A stretch of 64,000 nucleotides of DNA. It comes from Candidatus Poribacteria bacterium (GTDB taxonomy: Bacteria > Poribacteria > WGA-4E > JAJDTR01). The notes under the pieces are model-generated. The model ran no database searches, was not told the DNA's origin, and saw only the letters and a program-made list of their open reading frames with translations. Below are positions 61,653-64,000 of the stretch, piece by piece (position 1 is the first letter of the stretch; each line of letters starts with the position of its first letter). The stretch is taken from positions 4,064,001 through 4,128,000 of the forward strand of contig CBDCTK010000002.1 of the NCBI GenBank assembly GCA_965222225.1. Direction: 5' to 3'. A program made the position numbers and the translations under genes.

Positions 61653-63689
61653 CTATTCGACCCGTTTATAGGTGATTATCGCAGCGTGCGGTTTCTCGGC
61701 GATCCGGGTAACCAAGCCCTCTTCCATCAGTTCACGCCCAGTCATCTCGCGTGAGGTATCGGCGTCCATGTCCTCTAAGAGGTAACGCGCGTCTGCAACC
61801 AATTCGTGTAAGTGCAGCCGGGCGGATTCGTAGATGCTCTCTTCGCGTCGAAACGCTTGTACCATTCCTTCGCCATCCTCGGGCAGGTTGAATTGCCACG
61901 CCATCCAAACACCTTTATCTTGGCTGTACGATGTCAAAGGATAATAATCGCCGTAATAAAACTTGCGAATGTCGAGGTACTGCTCTAGCAGACATCTCGC
62001 CTCCTCGCCCTGATCGCCGTCGGCCTCCTCCCACAATTGAGTCATCAATCCTGCGGTCATGACGCTACGAAATTCGTATTCATTTCCCTTTTTCAAAACG
62101 GCGCCACGTGCAGCCATGTGCAGCGGCACCCACTGAAAGAGGCCGTAGCTGTGGCATTGGGCGTGGATGCTGTCATGAGCCCAGTCTGTTCGATGCAGTG
62201 CGGTGCTGCGACCAATTGATTCGAGGTCGATGCGCCTCCCCCCGCTCGCGCAGTTATCTATCATCAGATGGGGGTGTCGTTGTATCAGGTTGTCCCAGAA
62301 GGCATAAAGCCCTTCAATATAGCGAATCTCCGTTATGCCCTGTCGGTCGGGCGCGTCGGCATGTCGCCAATATTCCAACGGCGCAATATTGGCATCTTCA
62401 CGATACCAATCAAGTCCAAATTCAACGATTCGGTCAGAGATAAAATCGGTCAAGAACGCTTGCGCATTGGGGTTGCCCATGTTGAACATCAGTTCGTCGG
62501 CGCTCATCTGGCTGCGCCGGCTCTCATAGACTATCCACCTGGGGTCGTCGTGGGGGATGGGCCAGCCGTTTGTTTTCCACTGTTTGTAGTTGTCCTCTCC
62601 GTTTCCAAGTTCCAGCAGCCAGTTAGGGCGCGCCTTGAACGAAGACCAAGGGGTATCTTTGCAAACGCGGTGCGGTTCAAACCAGAGCAGAAATTGACCA
62701 CCGGATTGATGCAACATATCGGAGATTGGTCGGAAACCTTGGGGATAGAGGTCACTTTTCACCTCCCAATTTCCGGGCATGCTCCACCATGAACCTTTGC
62801 CGAACCATTCCGCATCAATCCAATAGCACGTAATGGGTAGTTCGTGCTTGACGACTCGTTGGAGGTTCGTCAGATGTTCGGCGGCTGGCGTTCCTCCCCA
62901 GCTACCGAGGATGACGGGCAAGGTGAGAGGTTCGCCGTTAGGTTGGGGTCGGTGGTGGGCAAGAATAAACCGACGGAGCAAGTTGTTTCCCCTGATGCGT
63001 GCGCCGTGCCAGAATAACATCAGAATGCTCGGTGTTCGGATAGTTTCTTCCGGATGCAACTTCAGATGCGTTAAAGCCATGCCCGCACCAAGCCGCAGCG
63101 CGTTTTCTCCTTCCCGGCAGAAAGTAGCTTCCCACTCACCCGTCCAGCCGATTCCCGTAACAAATCCATTCGATCCTGACTCAACGTTAAAAAACGGCAG
63201 TATTTCGCTGGACGATCTGCCTCCGCCGGGTTGGAGGTGTACCTGTTCTCCCGGTTCAAGCGGTTTTTCTACCGGCGCGAAATCATCAATGCAGCAAAGG
63301 GCGCCTTTGGAATAGTGCAAGACGGCTGACTCTTCGGCAAGCGGCAGGTTCGCATCAAGCGGAAGGATTTGCTCCAAGATTGGAGTATCGGTTGCGCCTC
63401 CATTCTTGAAATTCAGAACCCATTCGATGGCGGGAAAATGACGATAACTGATTGCCTCTACGTTTACTTCGAGGCGTGTATCGGGATCTGTGAAGGTGAG
63501 GGTGTGTGCGGTACGTTCCTCATCAAGCGTTTCTCTGCTATATACGGTCTCCCAACTCTTGATGAAATCTTCGGAGGAATGCCCGTCGTAGACAAAAGAG
63601 AATGCTCGTCGCGTTGCCTCGGGACAGAAACATTCCGCAATCCATGAATCTACCGCCGTCATTTCTTCCGATGCTGGCTCTACGGACAT
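61653..63689 (-). CDS. Alpha-galactosidase-like glycoside hydrolase, GH36
   Basis: WIDAEWF, LWFEP, REDAN, IDNCASGGRRID. Confidence 0.88.
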   Translation of the reverse strand: MSVEPASEEMTAVDSWIAECFCPEATRRAFSFVYDGHSSEDFIKSWETVYSRETLDEERTAHTLTFTDPDTRLEVNVEAISYRHFPAIEWVLNFKNGGATDTPILEQILPLDANLPLAEESAVLHYSKGALCCIDDFAPVEKPLEPGEQVHLQPGGGRSSSEILPFFNVESGSNGFVTGIGWTGEWEATFCREGENALRLGAGMALTHLKLHPEETIRTPSILMLFWHGARIRGNNLLRRFILAHHRPQPNGEPLTLPVILGSWGGTPAAEHLTNLQRVVKHELPITCYWIDAEWFGKGSWWSMPGNWEVKSDLYPQGFRPISDMLHQSGGQFLLWFEPHRVCKDTPWSSFKARPNWLLELGNGEDNYKQWKTNGWPIPHDDPRWIVYESRRSQMSADELMFNMGNPNAQAFLTDFISDRIVEFGLDWYREDANIAPLEYWRHADAPDRQGITEIRYIEGLYAFWDNLIQRHPHLMIDNCASGGRRIDLESIGRSTALHRTDWAHDSIHAQCHSYGLFQWVPLHMAARGAVLKKGNEYEFRSVMTAGLMTQLWEEADGDQGEEARCLLEQYLDIRKFYYGDYYPLTSYSQDKGVWMAWQFNLPEDGEGMVQAFRREESIYESARLHLHELVADARYLLEDMDADTSREMTGRELMEEGLVTRIAEKPHAAIITYKRVE

Positions 63690-64000
63690 GATATTTCCCT
63701 TCTGGATAACTCAGCAAAATCCATTTTATGTGTTCAGTGACTAGTGGTTAGTGCAAACCCGACAGACACTGATGGGCAACGCATGAGGATTCAATCTACG
63801 ATCTGATGATTGAAGATTTCAACTACGAATCAATCGGCGGCGGAATCGGAATGGAGGTTTAAATTTGATGCGCGGTAGAGGCAACGCGTTTTGAGATGGT
63901 GGGCAATGTCCACCCTACAATAACTGGGTTCTACGAACATGATATTTCCTTCTGGAGAACTCGAATCTAGAACTGTGGACGGATCGAGTTAGTCAACCCT

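Overview
Bacterial window of about 52% GC (estimated by eye). It is most likely Candidatus Poribacteria or a relative, an inference from the NYPNPFNPETWIPY C-terminal domain, the recurrent C-terminal AVxPxGKLxxxWGxIK motif and the many PhyH, sulfatase and LamG genes. Housekeeping genes (hppA, folC, glyA, thrC, dpp permeases) alternate with carbohydrate and organic-acid catabolism genes (enolase-superfamily dehydratases, sulfatase, three GH36 genes), exported beta-propeller/LamG/LRR/TPR proteins, IS3, IS1634, IS630 and IS1595 elements, and many GTAG-type REP palindromes. Two observations stand out. (1) About 25 copies of a modular, hypervariable 11-14-nt-unit repeat (GGATCTCTATGG / GANNTCTATCGC / NNTCNNTATYC / NNTCNNTTGATC) appear to have been written into existing DNA. 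They interrupt REP hairpins, an IS3 transposase and an RBS-to-ATG spacer, with microhomology at some junctions and no target-site duplication seen. (2) A secreted rhodanese gene is truncated in the ORF track. It reads through two in-frame TGA codons at the CxC motif (Y-U-S-U-P), followed by a SECIS-like hairpin, so it is a probable double-selenocysteine protein. All calls are by eye; no searches were run.
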